Virus record (IMG/VR): IMGVR_UViG_3300005253_000516
Coordinates: 1-63,443 of that record
Reading direction: 5' to 3' (one strand)
Length of the DNA: 63,443 nucleotides
Source of the DNA: a virus
Lineage: Duplodnaviria; Caudoviricetes
Shown here: positions 27,868-37,754 of the stretch, piece by piece
How positions within the stretch are numbered: position 1 is the first letter of the stretch
Layout of the letters: every line of letters starts with the position of its first letter
Notes under the pieces: generated by a model
Databases searched by the model: none
Told to the model about the DNA's origin: nothing
The model's input: only the letters and a program-made list of their open reading frames with translations
Translations under genes and position numbers: made by a program

Positions 27868-28626
27868 ATGGCTCTCATTGGCCAGGATGGGCATAAGCGC
27901 TGCTCGAAATGCAAGACGGTAAAAGACCGCGCTGCATTTGGAGTCTCGCGTGCATGTACGGATGGCCTGACGTGTTGGTGCAAGTCGTGCAAGAATGCCA
28001 AAGGCAAAGAGCGATACCATTCGGGCGATGGGAGCCGTGAGCACAAATTGAAACAGGCGAGCGAACGCAGGGCCAATGATCCAGGGGTTCGGGAAGAAAG
28101 GGCCGTTAAGAATGCTGCATGGTATGCAGAGCGAAAAGCAACAGACCCGGCATTCATGCAGACACGGCAGAAAAGAGATCAGGTTTGGCGTAAAAGGCAT
28201 CCTGAATCAGTAAAAGCCAAAGCCCAGAAGCAATGGGAGCATATCAGCTCTAGCCCGGAGCGTTTGGCCAAAAACAATAAGCGCCAACGTGAATATGGCC
28301 GCAACCGTTATGCGAATGATCCCGAATATCGTCAATGGCATCGCGACTACTATGCCCGCCGTCGCGCAACCAAACGTTCCAACGGCGGCACTTACGAACT
28401 AGAAGACTGGCAGACGATGTGTATGCTGGCCGACAATCGATGCGTAGCCTGTGGCAAAAAGCGCAAACTCACAGTGGATCACGTCTTGCCCATCATCATG
28501 GGCGGAGATAGCTATCTGACGAACTTGCAGCCACTATGTGATTCATGCAACAAGAGCAAGGGCCCTAAACACATCGACTATCGACCGGCCCGCATTCACC
28601 AATGGTTAGATGTCCTTACGGATTAG
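27868..28626 (+). CDS. HNH endonuclease
   Basis: KRCSKC..DGL..CKSC N-terminus; CVACG..LTVDHVLP..GG..NLQPLC.SCN.SK. Confidence 0.9.
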   Translation: MALIGQDGHKRCSKCKTVKDRAAFGVSRACTDGLTCWCKSCKNAKGKERYHSGDGSREHKLKQASERRANDPGVREERAVKNAAWYAERKATDPAFMQTRQKRDQVWRKRHPESVKAKAQKQWEHISSSPERLAKNNKRQREYGRNRYANDPEYRQWHRDYYARRRATKRSNGGTYELEDWQTMCMLADNRCVACGKKRKLTVDHVLPIIMGGDSYLTNLQPLCDSCNKSKGPKHIDYRPARIHQWLDVLTD

Positions 28627-28640
28627 AAAGGTAAAAAACA

Positions 28641-28916
28641 ATGGCACCACGAAAGAAACGCCACTATACATTCGAAGAGTGCGCCAAGGACCGGCCAGAC
28701 TATGTCGAGCACGGCAGCGAACAGCATGCCAACAGCATCGGTTTGGTGGAGGGCGTTGACTTTGAGCCCAAAGAGGAAGCGAAGCTGCGCGCGCAGCTCG
28801 TCGAGCCGCCTGTCGCCGCGACGCGCATGCCAATCCCCCGCCGTAGCCATCGGGCGCGGACGCGTAGGAATCCGGGCACGCCGATCATCGACGGCTGGGT
28901 GCGGCAAGGGAGATAG
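28641..28916 (+). CDS. Hypothetical protein
   Basis: AAGG RBS; follows the capsid region. Confidence 0.55.
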   Translation: MAPRKKRHYTFEECAKDRPDYVEHGSEQHANSIGLVEGVDFEPKEEAKLRAQLVEPPVAATRMPIPRRSHRARTRRNPGTPIIDGWVRQGR

Positions 28917-28918
28917 AG

Positions 28919-29914
28919 ATGAACCCATACCAAGTCACGCGGCTCAAGCCGTTTTTCCCTCCGCAGTTGGGCATCGCGGGCAGCGATAACTCTTTGGGGC
29001 TGCGGACCACACCCGTCGGCATCGTCCTCTACGTGGATGATAGCCACGCTGATGCGAAAGACGCTCACGACGGAACAGATCCCGAGCACCCAAAGGCTAC
29101 GGTGCAGAGCGCTATCGGCAGTGCCTTTCTCGTCGAGAACAGTCTGATCATCATCGGCGGCGCTACGACGCTCACAGAGAGTGTGATCATCCCCAACAGT
29201 GCCCCCGAGCAGTGTACGATCATGGGCTTTGGCAATGAGCAATGGGGACCGACGTGGGCTAGTGGGGCCGCGGACGAAGACGCTTTGACGATTCGACAGT
29301 CCGGCTGGACAATCGCCAACATTCGCTTCCTTCCGAACACCGCAGCATCGGGCATTCTGCTAGAGCATGACGGCGGCGCGACAACGAATAGCGACAGGAC
29401 GCGGATCATAAACTGCGACTTTGACGCTATGTGGTCAGGGCTCTATGGCATCCATGGCACGGGCTCGCCCGACCAGGTGTTTATCGAGGGGTGCCGGTTC
29501 CACGAGTTCGACAGTGGCGGAGCGGCCAACAACGCGGCGGCAATCCTGCTGGGTCTGACAGCGTTCGCATCGCCCTATCTGTGGGTGATTCGCAACAACA
29601 TCTTCCAGGACAACGATCGGCACATTGCGCAGCCCGACGCGCTGCGCGGCGGGAATGGCTGCTTGATCGAGGGCAACCGCTTTATGGGCCCGGTCAACCA
29701 GGCCAACGGCACGGCAGTCTACATCGACATGCGCGGTGGCACGTTGGGCTTGAACACAGTAACGGGCAACTACTTTGCAGGCGACTATTCCAACGCAGGT
29801 GGCTACTGGGCCAATGCCGCGGCGCCTGGCAGTTGGGTGGGCAACGTGGCAGATGATATCCTGGAGCCAGAAGTTAGCGCCAGCGGCTTCACCGTAGCGG
29901 TTCCGGCAGCTTAG
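28919..29914 (+). CDS. Beta-helix virion protein
   Basis: LYVD..DGTDPEHPKATVQSA, then right-handed beta-helix repeats (I.NC.F, I.NN.F, IEGN.F). Confidence 0.75.
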   Translation: MNPYQVTRLKPFFPPQLGIAGSDNSLGLRTTPVGIVLYVDDSHADAKDAHDGTDPEHPKATVQSAIGSAFLVENSLIIIGGATTLTESVIIPNSAPEQCTIMGFGNEQWGPTWASGAADEDALTIRQSGWTIANIRFLPNTAASGILLEHDGGATTNSDRTRIINCDFDAMWSGLYGIHGTGSPDQVFIEGCRFHEFDSGGAANNAAAILLGLTAFASPYLWVIRNNIFQDNDRHIAQPDALRGGNGCLIEGNRFMGPVNQANGTAVYIDMRGGTLGLNTVTGNYFAGDYSNAGGYWANAAAPGSWVGNVADDILEPEVSASGFTVAVPAA

Positions 29915-29922
29915 GAGGAACT

Positions 29923-30825
29923 ATGGCAGGGACGAATGTTCAAAGCAAGGCACCTCCGTACTATACGGGAGGGCTTTCACAAGTACTGCGGCCTGGGGCG
30001 AACCAGGGCGACGTGTTCTATGTAGATGGCACGGGTGGAGCCGGGAATGATGGCCGAACGCCACTCCGGCCCTTGGCCACCATCACGTCGGCTATCGCTC
30101 TTTGCACGAATCAGCGGAATGACACCATAGTCATTCTCGACTATTTCGCGGCTGGCGGCGAGGCCTGGCCTATCGTTTGCGACAAGGAAATGGTATCCAT
30201 CATCGGCGTGCCGGGCGCTGGGGCCATGTGGCCACAGGTCAATCCGGTAGGTGACAACCCGTCCTTTTCGGTCACCGCGCTGGGAGTTGAGATCTGCAAC
30301 CTGGCATGCCACGGTGGCGCGACGGCTGGGGCTATCCAGGTTGACGCTACGGTGTGGGGAACCGAGATTCACCACTGCTGGTTCGGAGAGACTGGGACTG
30401 CGCAGGATGGTATCCGTGTTCCCGCAGGCGGTGACGCAGTGTACCTGAAGATCTGGGGTTGCCGGTTCGGCATTGGCTTGACACGCGATGGCGTGCGGAT
30501 CGATCACAATGCTACTCGCGGCATGATTGGATGCCCTGGTTTGGAGCCCAATTGGTTCCGCGGTGTAGGTGGGATTGCCATCAACTGCAACAACCAGTTC
30601 GCTCAAGGCGGCATCTTTGACAATCGAATCTCTATGCTCGCAGACACGGCAGGTGGTGCAATCACTATCGCTGGGACCAACTCGGGAATCCATATCGACG
30701 GGAACAGCGCCACATTCGGGGAGACTGCCGCAGCGCACAATAACCCATATCTCGATAATGCCGGGGCGGACGCGAACGAGTGGGGCTACAACCGTTGGAG
30801 TGAGACGATCACCGTACCCGGATAA
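29923..30825 (+). CDS. Beta-helix virion protein
   Basis: VFYVDG..GNDGRTP..PLATI..A..C...RND.I. Confidence 0.75.
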   Translation: MAGTNVQSKAPPYYTGGLSQVLRPGANQGDVFYVDGTGGAGNDGRTPLRPLATITSAIALCTNQRNDTIVILDYFAAGGEAWPIVCDKEMVSIIGVPGAGAMWPQVNPVGDNPSFSVTALGVEICNLACHGGATAGAIQVDATVWGTEIHHCWFGETGTAQDGIRVPAGGDAVYLKIWGCRFGIGLTRDGVRIDHNATRGMIGCPGLEPNWFRGVGGIAINCNNQFAQGGIFDNRISMLADTAGGAITIAGTNSGIHIDGNSATFGETAAAHNNPYLDNAGADANEWGYNRWSETITVPG

Positions 30826-30838
30826 GAGAGGGTCTATA

Positions 30839-31834
30839 ATGCCAGCAACTAGGGGCCGATCTATCTGGCCCGTCACGCGCACGCCTACGATCACGCCGCC
30901 GCAGTTTGGTGTCTCGGGGACCGGGCGGGCAACGGGCCTCAGGAACTCCGCTGAGGCCCAGGTATTTTATGTAAATCCGAACTTCCCCGGTGCCGTAGAC
31001 AACAGGGACGGCACTGAGCCGACGGCGCCCTTTGCGACTGTAGCCGCTGCCCTTGCAGCCTGCCAGGACTTTCGCGGCGACATCATCGTCGTGGCGCCTA
31101 ACGATGCGTGGCAGTACGGGCCGCTGACCACAACGCAGAACACGGCGATCCTGGAAAGCGTGACCGTCACGGTTCACGGCGTCTCCATTATCGGCACGGC
31201 GTCGTCGAGCTCGATCGGTGTGAGCTGGGGGCCTGCCGCGGACGATGGGACGTGCATCACGGTGCACGCCTCGGACGTGTTGATCGAGGGCTTTGTGTTT
31301 TCTGGTCAGATCGGCGCACTAACGGGAGCTGATGGCATCTTTGTCGAATGGGACGGCGTGACGCTCTGGGGCGACACCTGTACCATTCAGCACTGCACGT
31401 TTGATGATGCCATAGATACAGCGATTCAGTTCGAGTTCTCGTGGCACAGCAACGTCATTGACTGCTACTTCGACCAGTGCGACGACTATGGCGTCTTTGT
31501 CGATACCGCTGGCTCGGGTGCGGCGAACCTACAGATTCTCGACTGCACGTTCCTGAATGTCGGCACTGGCGCCATGACGTTGGAAGACACCGACTTGTCA
31601 GTGGTGCAGGGATGCAAGGTCTACAACGGCGCTGCGCAGGGCGGAGGCGCGGCTACAGACGAAGGGATCATAACCACAGGGGGTTCCGAGAACCAGATCC
31701 TCGACAACTATTTCAGTTGCTTGCTGCCAGGGCCAGGGGCGGGAGACCTAGACGATCTCTGCACTGGTGCAGCGAGCGACGCCTGGATTTCCAACCACTG
31801 TCTCGATGGTTTAGTTGTAGCAACGCCTGCTTAG
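30839..31834 (+). CDS. Beta-helix virion protein
   Basis: VFYVNP..DGTEPTAPFATVAAAL..C...RGD.I; I.DC.F repeats. Confidence 0.75.
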   Translation: MPATRGRSIWPVTRTPTITPPQFGVSGTGRATGLRNSAEAQVFYVNPNFPGAVDNRDGTEPTAPFATVAAALAACQDFRGDIIVVAPNDAWQYGPLTTTQNTAILESVTVTVHGVSIIGTASSSSIGVSWGPAADDGTCITVHASDVLIEGFVFSGQIGALTGADGIFVEWDGVTLWGDTCTIQHCTFDDAIDTAIQFEFSWHSNVIDCYFDQCDDYGVFVDTAGSGAANLQILDCTFLNVGTGAMTLEDTDLSVVQGCKVYNGAAQGGGAATDEGIITTGGSENQILDNYFSCLLPGPGAGDLDDLCTGAASDAWISNHCLDGLVVATPA

Positions 31835-31844
31835 AGGAGGGCTC

Positions 31845-32054
31845 ATGCCACGTCCCGTATCGATTAGAGACCGAAAGGGCAACGTGATAGCGAGGCGCGG
31901 CGGAATCCCCCGTCCTGTAGCCGACAGGCTCATGGACGCCGGGTTCGGCATTGCGCGCGAGATTCGGGCAGCCAGCGATGAAGAGCTGCTGGCGGTGCAA
32001 GGCATCGGGCCAGGGATGCTGGACAAGCTGCGCGCGTGGGTGAGCAATGGCTGA
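31845..32054 (+). CDS. Small helix-hairpin-helix protein
   Basis: ASDEELLAVQGIGPGMLDKL. Confidence 0.75.
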   Translation: MPRPVSIRDRKGNVIARRGGIPRPVADRLMDAGFGIAREIRAASDEELLAVQGIGPGMLDKLRAWVSNG

Positions 32055-32400
32055 CTATCACATTCTCGGCGTCAACAGGTACGGCACGGCTGCCCAAGTC
32101 GTGATGCACTTTGCCGTGCCTGACGCAAACAACGACGCCGGCGTGAACTATCGCGTTGCATTGGTAGAGATGCTGGGCGGCACAGCTAGCGCGGTGCCGG
32201 GGCTAGACGCTGGCGAGCAGACACAACTGGACACCGGCGAGTTCTGTGAGCATTCGCTGACGTTCCACACGCACAGCGGCGAATCGTTGGTACAGAAACG
32301 CGCGCGCCTCGATGCCAGATGGACGGTACTGGGCGCAAGCGTGATTGCGGAGCTTGCGATTCGCCTCAGTGTGTGGGGCTATGAGAGGATCGTACCATAA
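32047..32400 (+). CDS. Putative virion protein
   Basis: Coupled ORF in the structural operon. Confidence 0.6.
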   Translation: MADYHILGVNRYGTAAQVVMHFAVPDANNDAGVNYRVALVEMLGGTASAVPGLDAGEQTQLDTGEFCEHSLTFHTHSGESLVQKRARLDARWTVLGASVIAELAIRLSVWGYERIVP

Positions 32401-32882
32401 TGGCAAATGAGATCCTGCAGAAACCGTCAACGCAAATTAACTGGGGTCCAGGTGGCGCGACCTACGCCATGACGCTGCTCAACATGCTTAACAACGTTGG
32501 GCGTATGGGCGTCAAGCATGACAATGGAGCCGTCCACGCGACGCGGTGGCGATGGTATTACACGGTGCGTTTCCAAATTGCGCCCACATTCGGGAATGTG
32601 GTCGAGATTCACATAGCCTATTCACACGACAATACGCTCTTCGATGGTGAGCATACTGGCACAGATGCGGCCATGGCTAGCGCGGAACAGCTTCCGAATA
32701 TGCAATGGATCGGCAATCATATATGTCGCAATAACGCAGTTGCCCAGTGGTCTGGTGGAATCTTCCACATGCAAACACGGTATTGCGCGCCACTGGTTTA
32801 CAACATCAGCGGCCAGCAATTCACGAATGCCGCAGCGGAGCATGAACTTATTCTTGAGCCGATTATCGATGAGATACAGTAA
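32400..32882 (+). CDS. Putative virion beta-sandwich protein
   Basis: TAATG coupling; beta-rich pattern. Confidence 0.6.
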   Translation: MANEILQKPSTQINWGPGGATYAMTLLNMLNNVGRMGVKHDNGAVHATRWRWYYTVRFQIAPTFGNVVEIHIAYSHDNTLFDGEHTGTDAAMASAEQLPNMQWIGNHICRNNAVAQWSGGIFHMQTRYCAPLVYNISGQQFTNAAAEHELILEPIIDEIQ

Positions 32883-33724
32883 TGCCGAGACCGATCCCGC
32901 ACTTTGGGCCACCAACAGTTCACTTTGATCTAAATACTGAATCGTCACAAGCGACGGACCTGATCGGATGGTGGCCGCCTTTAGCAAGTCGCGGAATGAA
33001 CACGCTTCGAGACCGCAGTTCCATGAGCATACATGGAGCTTTTGTCGGCAATCCGACGTGGCAAGCGATCCAACAGCAGGGATGGTGTCTGGATTTCAAC
33101 GGGGCAGCGGATTATATCAACTGTAGCGATTCGCCACAATGGGATGCATCAGATGACCTTACCGTGGCACTCTGGGTGCATCCCGATGCTAGGGTGGGAT
33201 TTGAAACAGTGGCGGGGCGTTGGGATGAGCCCCCAAATCCGAACAATCGGGTATGGGCTATCACTTTCACTAACCTTGATGCTATCCGCTTTGATACAAG
33301 TGACACCGGGCTTTTTATAGGCGGTAATGCTGCCGTCACCGGAAACAATGTTCTCACAAACGGCGTATGGAATCACATCGTTTGTGTGCATGATTCTGGG
33401 GCTACAACGAACACAGTGTATGTGAATGGCATTAGCCAGGCTATAGCCGCTGGGGCTACAGCAGGGTTATTAGATACTGATATTCCGTTACATCTGGCAC
33501 ATTCTATTCTATTTGGAGGATTCGCCACATTCTACGACGGCCGCCTTGGAGATGTGCGAATTTCAAATAGGCCCTTCGCATTTCCAGAGGTATTAGATCT
33601 ATTGAAACAACCTTGGGATCTCTACAAGACGCCGATGGTCCCGCGAGCACGGTCTCCGCTAGCCTTTCTCGCCGAGCGTGGCGTGCTCCGTGGCGCTTGG
33701 CGCGGGATTATGAGAGGGATGTAG
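32882..33724 (+). CDS. LamG domain virion protein
   Basis: LIGWWP..CLDFNG..DY..LTVALWV..WNHIVCV..VYVNG..G.LGDVRI.NR. Confidence 0.85.
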   Translation: MPRPIPHFGPPTVHFDLNTESSQATDLIGWWPPLASRGMNTLRDRSSMSIHGAFVGNPTWQAIQQQGWCLDFNGAADYINCSDSPQWDASDDLTVALWVHPDARVGFETVAGRWDEPPNPNNRVWAITFTNLDAIRFDTSDTGLFIGGNAAVTGNNVLTNGVWNHIVCVHDSGATTNTVYVNGISQAIAAGATAGLLDTDIPLHLAHSILFGGFATFYDGRLGDVRISNRPFAFPEVLDLLKQPWDLYKTPMVPRARSPLAFLAERGVLRGAWRGIMRGM

Positions 33725-35479
33725 ATGGAAGTCCTGCGCAAGTACAACGTACAGAAAACGATCTATTTCCCGCTGATTGAGACGGGTGGTGAGGATTATA
33801 CGGGCGCCGCGGTGCATGTCGCTGGCGACTCGCAGCGATCCTTTGACGGGGCGGCTCCCAACAACTCGACCAACGCCTTCGCCCATGTTGCCAACGGCAT
33901 CTATAGCCTCGCGCTGACGGCCGCGGAGCATCAGGCCGAGATCATCGTCATCACGATCATCGATCAGACAGGGCCGAAAGTTTGGCAGGATCAGACGATC
34001 ATTGTCCAGACCTATGGCAATCCGGCGGCGAGCTTTGCATTTGATCTTGATACTGCAACGGTGGTGGCAAGCTCAGTGGCGGCTGGCGGAATAACCGCCG
34101 CGAGCTTCGCCGCAGGCGCCATCGACGCGGCGGCGATTGCCACAGATGCTATTGATGCGGATGCCATCGCTGCAAACGCCATTGGTGCCGCCGAAATCGC
34201 GACAGACGCAATAGATGCGGACGCGATAGCGGCCAATGCCATCGGGACGAGCGAGATAGCTGACAATGCCATCACCGCCGCAAAGATCGCCGCCAATGCG
34301 ATAGGCGCAAGCGAGCTGGCCACAGACGCGATAGGGGCGGACCAGATTGCAGCCAACGCCATAGGGGCCTCAGAGCTTGCAACTGACGCGATCGGCGCAG
34401 CTCAAATCGCGGCGAATGCTATCGGGGCTGCTGAAATCGCCAACGGCGCAATTGATGCGGCTACATTCGCAGCCGGCGCCATTGATGCAGCAGCGATTGC
34501 CAACGCCGCCATCGATGCCGCCACCTTCGCGGCTGGAGCTATAGACGCTGCTGCGATAGCTGCGAATGCGATTGGCGCGAGTGAACTAGCAACGGATGCC
34601 ATAGGGGCAGCGCAAATAGCGGCCAACGCAATTGGGGCTGCGGAAATTGCAGACGGGGCCATCGATGCCGCGACTTTTGCCGCAGGGGCCATCGACGCAA
34701 CGGCTATCGCAGCAAACGCCATAGGGGCCAGTGAGATAGCCGACAACGCTATTACAGCGGCAAAGATTGCTGCCGACGCAATAGGCGCCAGCGAGATAGC
34801 TACAGACGCTATTGATGCGGATGCGATTGCAGCGAACGCTATAGGCGCATCGGAGATTGCCAATGATGCAATCACGGCTGCTAAAATCGCGACCGGGGCT
34901 ATTGATGCTGACGCAATAGCTGCAGACGCAATCACGGCGGCGAAGGTTGCGAATGGCACCATTGATGCTGCCACGTTTGCGGCTGGGGCCATCGACGCGA
35001 CAGCGATAGCCGCCAATGCTATCGGAGCATCTGAACTCGCTGACAACGCCATCACTGCTGCAAAGATAGCAGCGAACGCCATCGGAGCATCAGAACTCGC
35101 GACTGATGCCATTGGGGCTGATCAGATCGCAGCGAATGCGATTGGGGCAGCAGAGATTGCAACGGGAGCCATCGACGCGGATGCGATAGCCGCAGATGCT
35201 ATAACAGCAGCCAAGATAGCCACGGACGCGATTGGCGCGGACGAACTAGCGGCGAGCGCCGTCACAGAAATTGCAGACGGGGTGCTTGACGAAGTCTATG
35301 AAGGCACAGAGACATTCCGGCAATATCTCAGACTGACGCGCTCGGCGTTGGTAGGTCTGCTCTCGCGTCTTGGCAACATCTTGCGTTTCCGAGATCTCGC
35401 CGACAGCAAAGACCGCATCGTCGAAACGACAAACGTTGACGAGGAGCGCGTGATCGTTGTGACGGACGTGACACCGTGA
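33725..35479 (+). CDS. Virion fibre-like protein with a long Ala/Ile 5-residue periodic repeat
   Basis: About 390 aa of AANAI/GASEI/ATDAI/DAATF-type pentamers. Confidence 0.85.
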   Translation: MEVLRKYNVQKTIYFPLIETGGEDYTGAAVHVAGDSQRSFDGAAPNNSTNAFAHVANGIYSLALTAAEHQAEIIVITIIDQTGPKVWQDQTIIVQTYGNPAASFAFDLDTATVVASSVAAGGITAASFAAGAIDAAAIATDAIDADAIAANAIGAAEIATDAIDADAIAANAIGTSEIADNAITAAKIAANAIGASELATDAIGADQIAANAIGASELATDAIGAAQIAANAIGAAEIANGAIDAATFAAGAIDAAAIANAAIDAATFAAGAIDAAAIAANAIGASELATDAIGAAQIAANAIGAAEIADGAIDAATFAAGAIDATAIAANAIGASEIADNAITAAKIAADAIGASEIATDAIDADAIAANAIGASEIANDAITAAKIATGAIDADAIAADAITAAKVANGTIDAATFAAGAIDATAIAANAIGASELADNAITAAKIAANAIGASELATDAIGADQIAANAIGAAEIATGAIDADAIAADAITAAKIATDAIGADELAASAVTEIADGVLDEVYEGTETFRQYLRLTRSALVGLLSRLGNILRFRDLADSKDRIVETTNVDEERVIVVTDVTP

Positions 35480-35667
35480 ACCATTGGGCCGGCGCGCATT
35501 GGGCAAGGGCGCACTGGGCGGCCGCCCACTGGACGGTTCCTGGACCGGCGGCGCTTATTTGCCTCACCGCGATAGTCATGGATGCGTTTGGCGGATATGG
35601 CATGGCCTTAGCGGATGCGTTTGGCGGCTACGCAATCACGGTGAGTGATGCGAGCTTCTGCCCGTGA
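35476..35667 (+). CDS. Small protein with HW repeats
   Basis: NHWAGAHWARAHWAAAHW; GTGA overlaps. Confidence 0.6.
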   Translation: MNHWAGAHWARAHWAAAHWTVPGPAALICLTAIVMDAFGGYGMALADAFGGYAITVSDASFCP

Positions 35668-35978
35668 CAGCCGGGCATGTCAACACCTACGTACTTGGCG
35701 ACATAGTGGTGCTCAGCGTAGCGTTCCGGGACCCAACGACGGGGGCGCTAACCGACCCGCCGGGGGTGAACGTGCTAATTCTATTGCCAGGCGTGCGGCC
35801 GGCTCTCGAGTTTGTGTTCGGCGTTGACGTGGAAGTGGTGAATGACGCGGTCGGATTGTATCACATGAACTATACGACAGAGCGCGAGCGCAATCATCGC
35901 TATCGTTGGGAAGGCACGGGGGCCATAGGCGCGGCAATGGAAGGTTCGTTCATCGTTTGCGACTCGGACTTTTTCTAG
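35664..35978 (+). CDS. Ig-like virion protein
   Basis: GD.V.L...F.DP..G...DP..G.Y....T......YRWEG.G. Confidence 0.65.
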   Translation: MTAGHVNTYVLGDIVVLSVAFRDPTTGALTDPPGVNVLILLPGVRPALEFVFGVDVEVVNDAVGLYHMNYTTERERNHRYRWEGTGAIGAAMEGSFIVCDSDFF

Positions 35979-35985
35979 GAGTGAA

Positions 35986-36438
35986 ATGACCTGTAGCGGA
36001 GCATACGCAATGGCAGAGGAATACGCCCTGTTTTGGTGCCTGGACTGGCCCCCAGACGATTGCGCCGTTCAAGAGCGCATCGAACTGGCCTTGCGCGTCA
36101 CGGCTGGCCGCATCCATGTAGCCAGGTCCTCGGTAGGCGCTTGCGATTGCAGCCTCTCGACGGAGAGCCTGCAGATGCTCAAAGAAATGAACATGCAGCT
36201 TGCGGCCATCCTCTACAACTGTCCGTGCGGGGCGGCCAGAGGGCGGCTATCGGATGACATGAAGCAATCCCTGCTGCTCAACATCACCGAAATGCTCAAC
36301 ATGATTTCAGACGGTAGCTGGGAAGTCTGCGACGGTGAGACGGGCGCGAACTTTCCAGTGATGGCTACCGCCGAACGCGGCCTGACGGAGTGGAACGAAG
36401 CGCAGATCATCATCAATCGAGAATTGAGGGACGGGTAA
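35986..36438 (+). CDS. Head-tail connector (putative)
   Basis: YA..EY N-terminus, helical, typical position. Confidence 0.55.
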   Translation: MTCSGAYAMAEEYALFWCLDWPPDDCAVQERIELALRVTAGRIHVARSSVGACDCSLSTESLQMLKEMNMQLAAILYNCPCGAARGRLSDDMKQSLLLNITEMLNMISDGSWEVCDGETGANFPVMATAERGLTEWNEAQIIINRELRDG

Positions 36439-36632
36439 TGCCAGAATGGACCAGCGCCGAGGAGACCACCCCACAGGATGGCCAGCTTGTCTACGTGTTC
36501 AACGAGGGCATAGGCGTCCAAAAAGGACGCTACGAAGAGAATGACCGGGGGAACATTTGGTCCCCCGACGGAAGCCTCGTTACACATTGGATGCCACGCA
36601 AACCAGATCCAGACGAAGGGGAAGCGGACTAG
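36438..36632 (+). CDS. DUF551-like small protein
   Basis: W.S....P..GQ.V.V..VTHWMP. Confidence 0.7.
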   Translation: MPEWTSAEETTPQDGQLVYVFNEGIGVQKGRYEENDRGNIWSPDGSLVTHWMPRKPDPDEGEAD

Positions 36633-36938
36633 ATGGGTTGAGGCGGGGGAGGCGGCAGTCGCCGCAGGCGGGCCGGTGTGGCTCGCGCAGTGGAATCAGG
36701 CCCGATCTTTGGCATGTACGGGCTGTCGAAGATCGAATATCTGGGAAGCCTAAAGGGTACGTGGAAGGGCTCCGAGACGTGCCATCCCTACCCGTTCGGG
36801 CCTGAGAAGCGTGTGAGTTGGGTCGATCCGCGCGACCAGGATGTGCTGCTAGAGCAGAAAGACGAGGCCGGGGACCCGTGGTTCAGATTGTTGAGCGAGC
36901 CGGAGGATTGGCGTGGTCGTACTCGTAAAGGCTATTAA
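36633..36938 (+). CDS. Structural-operon protein with in-frame UGA at codon 3 (selenocysteine candidate)
   Basis: TAG-ATG coupling, then ATG GGT TGA GGC GGG GGA.., in frame with ORF 36678-36938; hairpin GCGGC-AGTC-GCCGC starts 10 nt after the TGA. Confidence 0.6.
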
Positions 36939-37440
36939 AGCGCCGCGCTTGCGCGACGATGCTATGCGCCTCGTGCTACTCAACGCCATGCGCAAGGCCG
37001 GGCGATTTCTGGTCAAGACCGATTTCAAGAAGACGACCAAGACGTGGAAACATCAGCCAAAGTTCGAAACGCTCATCAGCCTAAAGCCGCCAGGCCCGAC
37101 GATCCTGATTGGGACGGATGACCAGGTGTGGAACTGGCTCAACGAGGGCACGCGGCCACACGCGATATTCGCCGGGATCTTTACGGGCAAGAGCAACAAA
37201 AAGGCGCTAGCTTTTCCGAGTCGATTCAAACCAAAGACGAGAGTAAAGAGTCTCAAATCACAAGCAGGCTCAAGCGGCGGCCCGACAGTCGTTGTGCCGT
37301 TCGTACAACATCCTGGCACGGAGGCTAGAGAATGGGGTCAACTGATCGCGACGAAACGGCAACGGTGGTTTCAAAAGCAGATGGAGCGAGCGATGGCGGA
37401 CGCAGCCCACGCAAGCGGGCACGGCCAAAGGTCGCCGTAA
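36913..37440 (+). CDS. Neck/tail completion protein (HK97 gp10-like)
   Basis: LNEGTRPH.I..KALAF..V.HPGT.AR. Confidence 0.75.
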   Translation: MVVLVKAIKAPRLRDDAMRLVLLNAMRKAGRFLVKTDFKKTTKTWKHQPKFETLISLKPPGPTILIGTDDQVWNWLNEGTRPHAIFAGIFTGKSNKKALAFPSRFKPKTRVKSLKSQAGSSGGPTVVVPFVQHPGTEAREWGQLIATKRQRWFQKQMERAMADAAHASGHGQRSP

Positions 37441-37754
37441 AAGTCATATCGAAACGGACGGGCGGGGCGGCGTTGGTCGAATGGGACCACAAACGCGCCT
37501 ATGTCCCGACTGAGGAGGTGTCAAACGGCAAAGTGAGCGCGGACGCGTTAGAAGCGGCTGTGCCTGATAGTCTAGCCTGGGAAGAGCTGATCGAGATAAC
37601 CGTCACGCCCGCGATGGTTGCCGAGGGACTCTACCGGCGCAACATCTACAGGTACAGCGAACTATCACATCAAGCGGTAAGGGCGGCGTTCCTGGAGGCG
37701 CTTTCAGCAGATGCCACTGCCTTATTCGCGAAAGCTAAAGAGGTATCGAGATGA
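37332..37754 (+). CDS. Hypothetical protein (start uncertain)
   Basis: ORF ending in an ATGA overlap with the tail gene. Confidence 0.55.
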   Translation: MGSTDRDETATVVSKADGASDGGRSPRKRARPKVAVKVISKRTGGAALVEWDHKRAYVPTEEVSNGKVSADALEAAVPDSLAWEELIEITVTPAMVAEGLYRRNIYRYSELSHQAVRAAFLEALSADATALFAKAKEVSR

